Origin: Nostoc sp. PCC 7120 = FACHB-418 | GTDB taxonomy: Bacteria; Cyanobacteriota; Cyanobacteriia; Cyanobacteriales; Nostocaceae | Assembly (NCBI RefSeq): GCF_000009705.1 | Contig: NC_003272.1 | Coordinates: 1,170,001 to 1,202,000 of the forward strand | Length of the DNA: 32,000 nucleotides | Direction: 5' to 3' | Shown here: in pieces, positions 1 through 9,310 of the stretch | How positions within the stretch are numbered: the first letter of the stretch is position 1 | Layout: each line of letters opens with the position of its first letter | Made by a program: the position numbers and the translations under genes | The notes under the pieces: model-generated | What the model was told of the DNA's origin: nothing | The model's input: only the letters and a program-made list of their open reading frames with translations | Databases searched by the model: none

Positions 1-306
1 TTAGAGCAATCTGGACTAGAAAGTACTCCTGTTCCCAGTTCCTTCCCCCTAGAATTAGAAAAGCGTGAATTTGCTTATCAGTTCTGGAATCACTCAGAAG
101 GAACAGAAAGCGCCGAGGGTCGCTGGGCAAAAGGCCCCTCAATGGATGGTAAAGGCGAATTTGAGTATGTTGCTAACCCCCAACCCTTGGGGCCAGAACC
201 ACAACCACCACAACCCGACCCACAACTACACGGTACACAACAAATTCCCCATCCTCAACAAGGTAACGGCTCTAGCGCACCTTCTTTAGTTGAGCGTATT
301 TGCTAA
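1..306 (+). CDS. 3' end of a hypothetical protein; the CDS enters from the left window edge and has a Pro/Gln-rich C-terminal tail
   Basis: Frame 1 is open from base 1 to TAA at 304..306 (LEQSGLESTPVPSSFPLELEKREFAYQFWNHSEG...SLVERIC). It reads more protein-like than the listed frame-2 ORF 65..289. No family recognised. Confidence 0.45.
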   Translation, partial: LEQSGLESTPVPSSFPLELEKREFAYQFWNHSEGTESAEGRWAKGPSMDGKGEFEYVANPQPLGPEPQPPQPDPQLHGTQQIPHPQQGNGSSAPSLVERIC

Positions 307-361
307 TCTGAAAGTTCATCCATGCAGTTACTCTCAAGGGTTTGCACTAACTAAGGAGTTA

Positions 362-1389
362 ACGTGATGTGCGACTTATTGTTTCGTTACACAATTGAGG
401 TGTATGAACGATTGAAAAGAAAATTCCCACAATCCGCACTGGAGCGAGAAAATCGTTACCAGTGAATGGAATGCGGGAAAAATGTTTTCTATTGAAGAGT
501 TTATCATTGCCGTATTTTGCTGTGTTGACGACGTGCTGATGGAAATCACCCAGATATACCCAATCAAGAGACGAGGTTTTGCTCCGAGTTTAAGGGAGAG
601 TGAAGTTTTAACAATGGAATTAGTGGCAGAGTTTTTGGGAATAGATGCTGAAAAAGACATTTGGAAATACTTTCACCGTCACTGGTTAGGGCTATTTCCT
701 CAGTTAAAGAGTCGCTATGCTTTTATTCGTCAAGCAGCTAATTGTTGGCAGTACAAGGAACTCATACAACAAAAATTAGCACAGTATTTAGGAGCATACT
801 CTGATCAACTTCATTTGATTGATGGATTACCAATACCTTTGTGTGGCTTCAGTCGCGCTCCCAACTGCCGAAGTTTTAAATCCCTTGTAGATTATGGTTT
901 TTGTGCTGCTAAAAAACAGACGTACTATGGGTTTCATGGGCATTTAATCGTTAGTGGCACAGGAGTTATTAGTGGGTTTACCCTGACTCCGGCAAATGGC
1001 AGTGAACGGGACGCACTTTGGGATTTAATCACGCGAATTAAAGGTTTATTAATCGGAGATAAGGGCTATTTAAGTCAGTTCTTGTCAGGAGAACTTAAAG
1101 AAGTGGGTATTACTTTACAAACCCCTTTGCGTTCTAATATGTCTGACTCTCGTAGCCGATCTTCAGTGCGATTAATGCAACGCTTTCGTCGCCTAATTGA
1201 AACAGTAATTGGTCAATTAGTTGAGAGATTTCATATAGAGAAGATTCGAGCGAGAGATATGTGGCATCTTACCAGTCGTCTCAATCGCAAGATTTTAGCT
1301 CATACCGTCTGTTTCTGGCTTAATCGCCACAATTGTGACCCTCTTCAGTTCGACGATCTTGTTACAGAATATTAAGTCGCACATGGCGT
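362..1389 (+). mobile_element. IS982-family insertion sequence, about 1.03 kb, single transposase ORF
   Basis: Imperfect terminal inverted repeats: 362..391 (ACGTGATGTGCGACTTATTG...) against the reverse complement of 1360..1389 (ACGCCATGTGCGACTTAATA...). About 22/30 positions match, with a perfect 12-mer ATGTGCGACTTA. Size and single ORF fit IS982. No clear target-site duplication seen. Confidence 0.75.
482..1375 (+). CDS. IS982-family DDE transposase
   Basis: 297 aa. N-terminal FCCVDDVL, LIDGLPIPLC, YGFCAAKKQTYYGFHGHL and GDKGYLS...LQTPLRSN blocks are typical of IS982 transposases. The stop codon lies inside the right IR. Confidence 0.8.
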   Translation: MFSIEEFIIAVFCCVDDVLMEITQIYPIKRRGFAPSLRESEVLTMELVAEFLGIDAEKDIWKYFHRHWLGLFPQLKSRYAFIRQAANCWQYKELIQQKLAQYLGAYSDQLHLIDGLPIPLCGFSRAPNCRSFKSLVDYGFCAAKKQTYYGFHGHLIVSGTGVISGFTLTPANGSERDALWDLITRIKGLLIGDKGYLSQFLSGELKEVGITLQTPLRSNMSDSRSRSSVRLMQRFRRLIETVIGQLVERFHIEKIRARDMWHLTSRLNRKILAHTVCFWLNRHNCDPLQFDDLVTEY

Positions 1390-1437
1390 AAAATATATAA
1401 CTGCTATAGGGCTAGTATTTGATTTCTGAAATAGACT

Positions 1438-1487
1438 TAGGGCAATGCCCACCACAACCATGATACGGTGGGCATTGCCCACCCTAC
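1438..1487. repeat. REPIN-like inverted doublet of the REP sequence found at the RAYT locus
   Basis: Left arm TAGGGCAATGCCCACC (1438..1453, 4-5 nt shorter than the consensus). Right arm GGTGGGCATTGCCCACCCTAC (1467..1487). The arms are inverted and separated by 13 nt. Confidence 0.7.
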
Positions 1488-1951
1488 AGATACTTAGATA
1501 TTTTCAATAATCAAATTAGATTCCTATAGCTTAGTTTAGTAAATAAGAGGATAAACAAGTAAATATTAGCAAATACTTTAAATATTAGTGCAGGAAATAG
1601 GAAAAACTATAAAATTGCTAATTTCCAGAGTTTTTACTCAGTGAAATTGGAAAAATCACTTGAAAAATTTAGAGTGATTAAGTTTAGTTAGCCCGATAAA
1701 TTATATTTGATAATTAATTAAATGCAACCGATTAATTGATTATAGAACAAAAATCATCTCTGGGGAATGGGGAGATTTCCCTACTAAGATAGACAAGCAA
1801 TTAAGAATATAAAGCATAAGATTATGAGGCAGTTAATTTTAAAATTGGTGTTAAGAATCAGTTTCTAGTGCAAATTTAATCGTCTATCAGGCACTCTTGA
1901 AACAAAAAATAAACACACCTAATTCAAATCTTAGTTTGTAGGAGGTTTGTG

Positions 1952-3031
1952 ATGCGAATTGCTCAAGTAGCCCCATTATGGGAGAGAGTACCCCCGCCTG
2001 CTTATGGCGGTATTGAGTTAGTAGTGGGGTTACTAACAGATGAGTTAGTCCGACGTGGACACGAAGTTACACTGTTTGCATCGGGAGATTCTATCAGTTT
2101 AGCAAACCTAGTATCAGTTCATCCCCGTGCGCTAAGGCTTGATTCCAGTGTTAAGGAATACGGCATTTATGAAATGCTCCAACTAGGCACATTATATGAA
2201 CGTGCAGATGAGTTTGATATCATTCATTCACACATGGGGTGTGCATCCCTGCCCTATACAAAGCTAGTCACAACCCCCACTGTTCACACTCTACACGGCA
2301 TTTTTACCCCTGATAACGAAAAAATGTTTAGGTATGCTAAAACTGAGCCTTTTGTGAGTATTTCTGATGCACAACGGGATCTGAGATTAGGACTTAATTA
2401 TGTAGGAACAGTTTACAACGGCATTGATGTTAGTAGTTACAAGTTTTATCCCCAACCGGATGAACCACCATATTTAGCTTTTTTAGGTCGGATATCTCCC
2501 GAAAAAGGTACACATTTAGCAATAGAAATTGCCAAAAAAGCTGGTTGGCATTTAAAAATTGCAGGTAAAGTAGATGTTGTTGATGTGGAATATTTTGAAA
2601 AGGAAATTAAACCATTAATTGATGGCAAGCAAATTGAATATTTAGGTGAAGCAGACCACACACAAAAAAATGTATTGATGGGAGGTGCAGTCGCCACCTT
2701 ATTCCCTATTACTTGGAGAGAACCATTTGGATTAGTAATGGTTGAGTCAATGGCATCAGGTACGCCTGTGATTGCGATGAATCTTGGTTCAACTACAGAG
2801 GTAATTGCCCACGGTAAAACAGGCTTCCTGTGCAGTAATGTAGAAGAATGTGTTAGTGCGATCGCCAAAGTTGCAGATTTAGACCGCTATACTTGTCGAG
2901 AGTATGTGCAGAACCGTTTTAGCCTGCAAGCGATGACTGGCGGCTACGAAGAAGTTTATCGACAAATTCTGCAAGAGCGCTTTGCTAAAAACGGTCATCA
3001 CCGCAGTAAAGTTGGTTTGACTAAAATATAG
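1952..3031 (+). CDS. Glycosyltransferase family 4 (GT-B, group 1)
   Basis: MRIAQVAPLWERVPPPAYGGIELVV N-terminus and EPFGLVMVESMASGTPVIA (E-x7-E region). AGGAGG lies 6-12 nt upstream of ATG 1952; the track start GTG 1949 is one codon earlier. Confidence 0.85.
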   Translation: MRIAQVAPLWERVPPPAYGGIELVVGLLTDELVRRGHEVTLFASGDSISLANLVSVHPRALRLDSSVKEYGIYEMLQLGTLYERADEFDIIHSHMGCASLPYTKLVTTPTVHTLHGIFTPDNEKMFRYAKTEPFVSISDAQRDLRLGLNYVGTVYNGIDVSSYKFYPQPDEPPYLAFLGRISPEKGTHLAIEIAKKAGWHLKIAGKVDVVDVEYFEKEIKPLIDGKQIEYLGEADHTQKNVLMGGAVATLFPITWREPFGLVMVESMASGTPVIAMNLGSTTEVIAHGKTGFLCSNVEECVSAIAKVADLDRYTCREYVQNRFSLQAMTGGYEEVYRQILQERFAKNGHHRSKVGLTKI

Positions 3032-3036
3032 ACTAT

Positions 3037-3063
3037 AGGTGAATTTTTTGGTTCACCTTTTTT
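3037..3063 (+). terminator. Rho-independent terminator after the glycosyltransferase gene
   Basis: Stem AGGTGAA (3037..3043) pairs with TTCACCT (3052..3058), with an 8-nt loop, followed by TTTTT. It starts 6 nt after the stop codon. Confidence 0.6.
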
Positions 3064-3375
3064 AGTGATTTTGCTCGGACTATGAACCACAGGTAATGGA
3101 TACTGCAAGTATCTGTTATCTGTAACTAGTTAAATAAAGATTGCTGAGAAAATATAATTTTTGCGATACATAAATTGTAGATAACAACAGATATACAACC
3201 GCATGATTAAGCCGGAGGTTGTAAATATGTCTACTGTTATTGTGATAAATAATATCTTTGGTTAGAAGATTCTCGCCACAAATACTTGTTGTAATTACAG
3301 TTGTGAAAGATTACTCTGTCTGAGTATTTAGAAAGATTTTATTTGTCTGTTTCTTCAATTCCACAAGTAGAAAAT

Positions 3376-3921
3376 ATGGAAACTAAAACTATTAAACATG
3401 GCTTGGGATTATTTGCTAATTCCCAGGCAGTCGAGCAAGCAATTAATGACTTGAAAGGGGCAAATTTTCCTGTAGAAAAAATATCGGTTATTGCTAAGGA
3501 TATAGAAAAAACAGAACACCTCAAGGAAGTGCAAACAAGAGATCGCTTAGGAAATCAAGATGTAGATACAACGGGTGCAATCGGTGATACCTTATCAGCC
3601 ACTAGCTGGGGTACATTGTTAATCGGTTTGAGTAGTTTAGCGCTCCCAGGTTTAGGGACAGTTTTGGCTGCCGGTTCTGTGGGTGTGGCGTTGGTAGCTA
3701 GCATTGGCGGTGTGGCTGTAGGCGCAGTAGCGACTCAGAACCTAGTCAATGCGCTGGCTAATTTAGGTATACCAGAAGAACGAGCTAGAGTATATAGCGA
3801 TCGCCTACAGCAAAGTAACTATTTACTCATAGTTGATGGCTCAGAAGCAGAAATTCACAGTGCAGAAGCAATATTGCGTCAACATAAAATTGAATATTGG
3901 GATATTTATGATTCCCCTTAG
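3376..3921 (+). CDS. YflT / general-stress-protein-17M-like domain protein with a central Gly/Ala-rich membrane segment
   Basis: GLFANSQAVEQAINDLKGANFPVEKISVIAKD is the typical N-terminal module. The central segment is GAIGDTL...GGVAVGAV and the C-terminal module is ERARVYSDRLQQSNYLLIVDG. ATG 3376 is preferred over TTG 3343. Confidence 0.6.
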   Translation: METKTIKHGLGLFANSQAVEQAINDLKGANFPVEKISVIAKDIEKTEHLKEVQTRDRLGNQDVDTTGAIGDTLSATSWGTLLIGLSSLALPGLGTVLAAGSVGVALVASIGGVAVGAVATQNLVNALANLGIPEERARVYSDRLQQSNYLLIVDGSEAEIHSAEAILRQHKIEYWDIYDSP

Positions 3922-4083
3922 GATGATTGCTAATTAGGTTGATCATCCTACCTTTTGATAGAGTGAATCATCCAAAAAAACAGTTGAATAGTAAGTGTTA
4001 TGTCTCAGACTAAACAACTGATTTTTTATCATCACTTTTTCTCTAAATCAGTAAGCAGATAGTGAGCCAAAAAATTTGCATTG

Positions 4084-4584
4084 ATGAGGATGAAGACAAC
4101 TATGGACAATATCAAGACAGCGAATATGGTAGAGCGTTACTGTGCTTTGACCATCGGTATGATCTTTTTACTAGTAGGTTTAGCAGGGTTTACCCCAGCG
4201 TTGGTTTCAATACCAGGAACAAGTGAATCTTTTATCCCCCTTGATGAATCCCCTAATGCCTATGCAGCCGGATTTGGTTATATATTTGGTCTATTTCCTA
4301 CCAACTTTCTGCATAACTTTATCCGTTGCACTGTAGGCTTACTGGGAATCACTTCCTATTACAGTGCTAGCAGTGCGCGGGTATTTAATTTAACGTTTGC
4401 CGTTGCTTATGCCTTGCTGGCAATTATGGGATTATTGCCTTTTGCCAAGACATTTTTTGGACTGATGCCTCTGTTCGGTAATAACGTTTGGTTAAACGCC
4501 CTATCATCGCTTGCAGCCTTCTACTATGGTTTTATCGTACCTCCTAAGGTCAAGGGTGTTAACGTCGCAGAAAAAGCTTCTTGA
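4084..4584 (+). CDS. DUF4383 family membrane protein
   Basis: Four hydrophobic segments and LLVGLAGFTP...GLFPTNFLHN...LLAIMGLLP...LFGNNVWLNAL match my recollection of DUF4383. The start is ambiguous: ATG at 4084, 4090, 4102 and 4126, and 4126 (MVERY...) fits family N-termini best. Confidence 0.6.
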   Translation: MRMKTTMDNIKTANMVERYCALTIGMIFLLVGLAGFTPALVSIPGTSESFIPLDESPNAYAAGFGYIFGLFPTNFLHNFIRCTVGLLGITSYYSASSARVFNLTFAVAYALLAIMGLLPFAKTFFGLMPLFGNNVWLNALSSLAAFYYGFIVPPKVKGVNVAEKAS

Positions 4585-4645
4585 TAGCTGAGATTCTTCT
4601 TTGTCGGGGACAAGACTTCGTCACTGATTACGGAAAAAACTAAAT

Positions 4646-4679
4646 CCTGGCTATTGTCAATCTACTGAGCAATGCCAGG
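4646..4679. terminator. Possible bidirectional hairpin between convergent genes
   Basis: CCTGGCTATTG (4646..4656) pairs with CAATGCCAGG (4670..4679) with one bulge. No strong T-run, so this is weak. Confidence 0.3.
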
Positions 4680-4705
4680 ATATATTTAATCAGATGACTA
4701 ATAGA

Positions 4706-5104
4706 CTAGTTAGCTTCGCCAAATTTGGCTCGAATTGTTTCAATTCTTTTACGGTTAACACCTAAATCACTTTGACCTAAGCGGGAAGCAGAGCGTACCT
4801 GAATGACATTAGCATTACGGTCTAAATAAAACTCGACATCATCAACAAATCCCAGTAAAGCACTTTGAAATTCTGCATATAAATAATCGGGACTTTCGCT
4901 AATGATTTTAGTGCGAGGTAAAGATTGAATTACACTTTTGAGCTTGTTTATCGCCTCTTCTGGTGTCGAGATAAAATTTAGCGGGGCGATTTGGTGAACT
5001 GTATCTGTACTTTGGCTAGAAACACAATTGGGCGAGTTAGGACAAGGTGCTAATCTGCCGTCGCGCACACCTAGATTATTTGGGCGTTTACCAGTGAAAA
5101 CCAT
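4706..5104 (-). CDS. DUF1499 domain protein
   Basis: 132 aa. LAPCPNSPNCVSSQ, YLYAEFQSALLGFVDDVEF and VRSASRLGQSDLGVNRKRIE are characteristic DUF1499 blocks. Confidence 0.7.
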   Translation of the reverse strand: MVFTGKRPNNLGVRDGRLAPCPNSPNCVSSQSTDTVHQIAPLNFISTPEEAINKLKSVIQSLPRTKIISESPDYLYAEFQSALLGFVDDVEFYLDRNANVIQVRSASRLGQSDLGVNRKRIETIRAKFGEAN

Positions 5105-5264
5105 AAGGGATTGGGGGCTAATTAATTCAAAAGTATTATGCTATGCCTATACTCAACTTCAGACTACATCTTTAGGCGACGGAGGAAAATAATTCTCTAG
5201 ACTTAATAAAACATGGGTGATGCGATCGCTTTATGATGCGGTAAGTGGTATATAGGCGATCATT

Positions 5265-6410
5265 ATGGCGCAGATAATCTCAATCAATGACAATCAACGT
5301 TTACAACTAGAACCTCTAGAAGTTCCCTCCCGTTTGCTGTTGGGTCCTGGGCCATCAAACGCCCATCCCTCAGTCCTGCAAGCAATGAATGTTTCACCAG
5401 TAGGACATCTTGACCCAGCTTTCCTCGCACTGATGGATGAAATTCAATCTTTGCTGCGCTACGTATGGCAAACGGAAAATCCCCTCACAATTGCTGTGAG
5501 TGGTACAGGGACAGCTGCAATGGAAGCAACCATCGCTAATGCTGTAGAACCAGGTGATGTAGTGTTAATTGGTGTTGCTGGTTATTTTGGTAATCGTCTG
5601 GTGGATATGGCTGGACGCTATGGCGCAGATGTCCGCACAATTTCCAAACCTTGGGGAGAAGTTTTCTCACTGGAAGAACTCCGCACAGCTTTAGAAACCC
5701 ATCGTCCGGCAATTTTGGCTTTAGTTCATGCGGAAACTTCCACAGGCGCACGTCAACCCTTGGAAGGTGTGGGTGAGTTGTGCCGAGAATTTGGCACTCT
5801 GCTATTAGTAGATACAGTTACTAGCTTGGGTGGTGTCCCTATCTTTTTGGATGCTTGGGGAGTGGATTTAGCCTACAGTTGCAGTCAGAAAGGTTTAGGT
5901 TGTTCTCCTGGCGCTTCGCCTTTTACCATGAGTTCCCGTGCTATCGAAAAGTTGCAACGGCGACGCACTAAAGTGGCGAACTGGTATTTAGATATGAACT
6001 TGTTGGGTAAGTATTGGGGTAGTGAACGGGTTTATCACCATACAGCCCCGATTAATTTGTATTATGCTTTACGGGAAGCGTTACGTTTAATTGCTCAGGA
6101 AGGACTAGCAAACTGCTGGCAACGCCATCAAAAGAACGTAGAGTATTTGTGGGAAAGATTAGAAGATATAGGCTTAAGTCTGCACGTTGAGAAGGAATAC
6201 AGACTACCAACCCTGACCACAGTCTGTATTCCGGACGGAGTGGATGGTAAAGCAGTCGCCCGTCGGTTACTCAATGAACATAACATTGAAGTAGGCGGTG
6301 GTTTAGGTGAATTAGCCGGTAAAGTCTGGCGTGTGGGACTAATGGGTTTCAATAGCCGCAAAGAAAGCGTTGACCAATTGATTCCAGCCTTAGAGCAAGT
6401 TTTACGTTAG
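5265..6410 (+). CDS. Class V PLP-dependent aminotransferase (alanine/serine--glyoxylate aminotransferase family)
   Basis: 381 aa. LLLGPGPSNAHPSVLQAM...GHLDPAF N-terminus and SCSQKGLG with the PLP lysine, analogous to SGSQK in AGXT. Confidence 0.85.
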   Translation: MAQIISINDNQRLQLEPLEVPSRLLLGPGPSNAHPSVLQAMNVSPVGHLDPAFLALMDEIQSLLRYVWQTENPLTIAVSGTGTAAMEATIANAVEPGDVVLIGVAGYFGNRLVDMAGRYGADVRTISKPWGEVFSLEELRTALETHRPAILALVHAETSTGARQPLEGVGELCREFGTLLLVDTVTSLGGVPIFLDAWGVDLAYSCSQKGLGCSPGASPFTMSSRAIEKLQRRRTKVANWYLDMNLLGKYWGSERVYHHTAPINLYYALREALRLIAQEGLANCWQRHQKNVEYLWERLEDIGLSLHVEKEYRLPTLTTVCIPDGVDGKAVARRLLNEHNIEVGGGLGELAGKVWRVGLMGFNSRKESVDQLIPALEQVLR

Positions 6411-6605
6411 GGACTGACTAATCAATTCAATATTCAACACCTTGGCTACGCTTAGGGTCAAAATTCTTTGTAAATCCTAAACTTGGACTTAAGTTTGAGT
6501 TTAGGTACTCCCCAATAAATTTTCCAAATCAGCTGACAGAAACATTATGGATGTGTAAAGTAATTGAGGAATGTTTAATATATTTAACCTTTGACACATC
6601 CATCT

Positions 6606-6848
6606 ATGGATAGGAAAACCAAACGCCTCTTGCTGCTCGTGGCTTCTTGTAGTGTGACGGGTGTAATTTTAGGGGGAACCACTAGTTGGGCCCAGAGTAC
6701 TTTTTGCTTGCAAGCTGATAAGGTTACAAATGAGTGCCTGACTCAAAGCCCAATCCAAAAAACGGTAGAAGGCATGAGTACAGGCTTATTAGCCGGAGCC
6801 GGAGCAGCTTTCGGTGTAGCATGGAATGTGCGTCATCACGAAGACTAA
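6606..6848 (+). CDS. Small hypothetical secreted/membrane protein
   Basis: MDRKTKRLLLLVASCSVTGVILGG is signal-like and the C-terminal LLAGAGAAFGVAW is Gly-zipper-like. No family recognised. Its stop overlaps the stop of the convergent gene. Confidence 0.35.
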   Translation: MDRKTKRLLLLVASCSVTGVILGGTTSWAQSTFCLQADKVTNECLTQSPIQKTVEGMSTGLLAGAGAAFGVAWNVRHHED

Positions 6849-7564
6849 AAACGATAATTGCGATCGCGCACCCATAGACTCATAGGTACAGCATTACCCT
6901 GGGGGTCTACCTTGACTTTTACAGCTAGTGGTCGCAACTGTCCGTTTCTAGTTTGACGAGCAGCACGGAAAATGTCGTTATTTAACTGCTGGCGCTGTTC
7001 GTCTGGCACATTGTATGATTCCACACCATAGTTAATAAAGCCATTCTGGTAAACCCCTCTCAACGCTACTTGATTATCTCGGAGGGACATAGGTAAATTG
7101 CTGCTCACGCGCACAGGTCGCCAAGCTCTAGGAGTACCTCGACCAAAAGATTGTTGCTCCTGCAAAATCACATATAAATTAGTTCCCTCAACTAGTTGTC
7201 TACTCCTCCCACGATTTCTTCTCAATAACTCCTCCCAACCAGGAAGCCGGCGTAAGCTGGAAATCCGAGATATGTTGTAATCTAAATTCAGTGTGTAGCC
7301 TCGCAACACATTATCAGGGTCAGCAGGTAAAGTTTGTAATATTACCTCTCTACCCGTGAGGTTGGTGTACATTGCTTGAGTCGGTACTGACAAAATTAGC
7401 CCTGTTTGCAAAATTAAGGGCAACAATAACCGCCAAAAAGGTAAAGGCTGGTTGTTTTTTTGTTCAGTAGCAGCCAAATAATCCCTAAAAGTCAGTTTTT
7501 TAGAAAATTCTGCTTCGGGAGACAAAGTTTTACTTTTGCCAGATTCGGAGGATTCACTTGCCAT
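6845..7564 (-). CDS. GDYXXLXY-domain protein (variant motif RGYTLNLDY)
   Basis: 239 aa with an N-terminal TM segment (WRLLLPLILQTGLILSV) and PADPDNVLRGYTLNLDYNIS resembling the GDYXXLXY signature. It lies downstream of a DUF2157 gene, the usual partner. Confidence 0.55.
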   Translation of the reverse strand: MASESSESGKSKTLSPEAEFSKKLTFRDYLAATEQKNNQPLPFWRLLLPLILQTGLILSVPTQAMYTNLTGREVILQTLPADPDNVLRGYTLNLDYNISRISSLRRLPGWEELLRRNRGRSRQLVEGTNLYVILQEQQSFGRGTPRAWRPVRVSSNLPMSLRDNQVALRGVYQNGFINYGVESYNVPDEQRQQLNNDIFRAARQTRNGQLRPLAVKVKVDPQGNAVPMSLWVRDRNYRF

Positions 7565-7634
7565 AAGCCTAGTCCTAAAACTAATGGGGTTTTGGGAAAG
7601 CGGACATAGGACTTACGCAGAGTGGGGAGTAGTC

Positions 7635-7683
7635 AATTCAAAATTCAAAATTCAAAATTCAAAATTCAAAATTCAAAATTTAA
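7635..7683. repeat. Tandem heptanucleotide repeat (AATTCAA) x7
   Basis: Six perfect units plus one variant (AATTTAA), in the spacer between the DUF2157 and GDYXXLXY genes. STRR-type repeat typical of Nostocales. Confidence 0.9.
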
Positions 7684-7716
7684 GAATTTTTGCTCCCTCA
7701 TTTCCTGGCCATTCCA

Positions 7717-9147
7717 TCAATTTGACTTCTTGTTAGAAGAACCGGTGAGGCGATTTTCAAACCACATTCCGGTACTGATTAAGATGGAACCGCACATCAA
7801 GAAAACCATTGACCTAAACAGTAAATCGGTGTCGTACTCTAACATCCGACTAATTACTAGTAAAGTTAACAATAGCATACCGCCCCAAAAGGAGCGCCGA
7901 TCACTTAACTTCAGCCCCTCCTGAATGAATCCCCAGGACAGCACGGCTAAAAGCACGTTGAAAATAAAACTACCGAGGTCGCCAATGCGATTAATGGCTT
8001 GATGCCAGAATGGTACTACGACGATAAAGCCCAAGAAAGTGGCAATCCAAGTAGTATTAAAAACAACTTCCCGGCGGGGAGGGTTACTTCTTTGACGTAA
8101 TAAGAATAACCATTGCAATACTGCAAGACCACTGAGAATCCCCAAATCAATGACAGAGACAGAAGAGAAGTTGCTGTTACTCGTTGACCCAAAGGAATTG
8201 TAAGACAATCCTTGCCATTGCCAACGAAAGGAAAGGGCATAAAAGACTAAGCCAAAAGCGATTAAGGCTAAGTTACGCGCTAGGGGCTGAAATAGTCGAT
8301 AATTGATGGTGGGAAATAGCAGATCATCATAACTCCAGAATATGGCAGGAGGCAGTGCTAATGCGAAAGATGCCACCCAAGGAGCTACATCAGAAAAGTT
8401 CAGTAATGGTAGAGGGTTGAGGTTGAATTGCAGGGAACTAGCAAAGAAGACGGCTGCTAAGAAGAAAATCCACCGCGAACGGCAAAAGTAAGCGAGGGGG
8501 ACAAACAATAGCCATGATATCAGTGGCATATGGCGGACTGCTAGCCGCGCCCAACCCCATTCCCCTGAAGAGTACCATAAATCTCCTAGTCCAGCCCAGT
8601 AGCCAATCTGTACTAGGACGATGGCCATAATTCCCAAGGAATTAAGGGAGAGGCTGTAAGCCATGAAGGAAACACCAAATCCCCAGGCGATAAATAGTTC
8701 CGGAGTAGAACCAGTGATATTAAAAATCTGCGCCATGAGGATGAGGTTTGCACCCAGGATAAAAGCCGCAAAAATTAATAACGCTTCGCCTAAGAAGCGC
8801 TTACTCTGCTGGGGCTTTTTTCCTTCTTTGTTCTTCAGTGTCGGCTCTCTCCAGGTATAAAAACCCGTGATACTCACAAAGAAAAATAAACTCATCATCA
8901 AGATGAATTTGACTTCTCGTGACCAAGAAAACCAGTTAGCGGCCGCGAAGGTAAAGACACCCACAACCAACAAGACACCGCCAATAGCGATCGCTATCAT
9001 CATAAAGCGATCGCGTGCAGCAATCTCTAGATTCTTAAATTTATAGCGATCGGCAATTTGTTGATATTGCGAAGCACTAATTATTCCTTCATCACGCCAC
9101 GATTCCGCATCTCGTCGCAATTTTCGCTGAAAATTGTCAAAAATCAT
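7717..9147 (-). CDS. DUF2157 (plus DUF4401-like) polytopic membrane protein
   Basis: N-terminal soluble helix FQRKLRRDAESWRDEGIISASQYQQIADRY, then more than 10 hydrophobic segments. ATG 9147 is preceded by GGAGAGGG and preferred over the TTG 9180 of the track. Confidence 0.65.
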   Translation of the reverse strand: MIFDNFQRKLRRDAESWRDEGIISASQYQQIADRYKFKNLEIAARDRFMMIAIAIGGVLLVVGVFTFAAANWFSWSREVKFILMMSLFFFVSITGFYTWREPTLKNKEGKKPQQSKRFLGEALLIFAAFILGANLILMAQIFNITGSTPELFIAWGFGVSFMAYSLSLNSLGIMAIVLVQIGYWAGLGDLWYSSGEWGWARLAVRHMPLISWLLFVPLAYFCRSRWIFFLAAVFFASSLQFNLNPLPLLNFSDVAPWVASFALALPPAIFWSYDDLLFPTINYRLFQPLARNLALIAFGLVFYALSFRWQWQGLSYNSFGSTSNSNFSSVSVIDLGILSGLAVLQWLFLLRQRSNPPRREVVFNTTWIATFLGFIVVVPFWHQAINRIGDLGSFIFNVLLAVLSWGFIQEGLKLSDRRSFWGGMLLLTLLVISRMLEYDTDLLFRSMVFLMCGSILISTGMWFENRLTGSSNKKSN

Positions 9148-9310
9148 AACCCTCTCCACTGCGCTAGGGTAATTTGCCAATCATTTCGGATTTACGCATG
9201 GAGTTATTAGTCAAAAGTTCTCTTCTCTCGCTACTCTTACCATTCCCCATTCCCTAGTATTATGAAGCCAAGCCACTTCTAAGCGTTGTTCTCCTGTTAC
9301 CGTTTTACTA

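Noticed and set aside
65-289. Listed 74-aa plus-strand ORF
   Set aside because: Frame 1 is open across the entire 1..306 segment from the window edge and gives a more protein-like sequence. The frame-2 ORF (His/Asn-rich) is most likely a shadow of that CDS.
376-660. 94-aa minus-strand ORF at the left end of the IS
   Set aside because: It overlaps the left IR and the 5' end of the transposase gene on the opposite strand. No recognisable motifs. Typical antisense shadow ORF.
1490-1948. About 460 bp AT-rich non-coding stretch upstream of the glycosyltransferase, considered as a possible hidden gene or RNA
   Set aside because: There are no ORFs longer than about 20 codons with start and RBS, and no extended stems or repeats beyond short AT palindromes (e.g. 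TTAATTAA-like). Most simply it is promoter or spacer DNA.
2446-2868. 140-aa minus-strand ORF inside the glycosyltransferase gene
   Set aside because: Entirely antisense to a well-supported CDS, with no family features.
7635-7683. Possible CRISPR array, considering this and the other tandem-repeat tracts
   Set aside because: The units are 7-9 nt and directly abutting with no spacers, and there are no cas genes. These are STRR-type microsatellite-like repeats.
7536-7924. ORFs 7536..7736 and 7622..7924 encoding KFKIQNS repeats
   Set aside because: They are translations of the AATTCAA heptamer tract and of the antisense strand of the DUF2157 gene. They are repeat artefacts, not genes.
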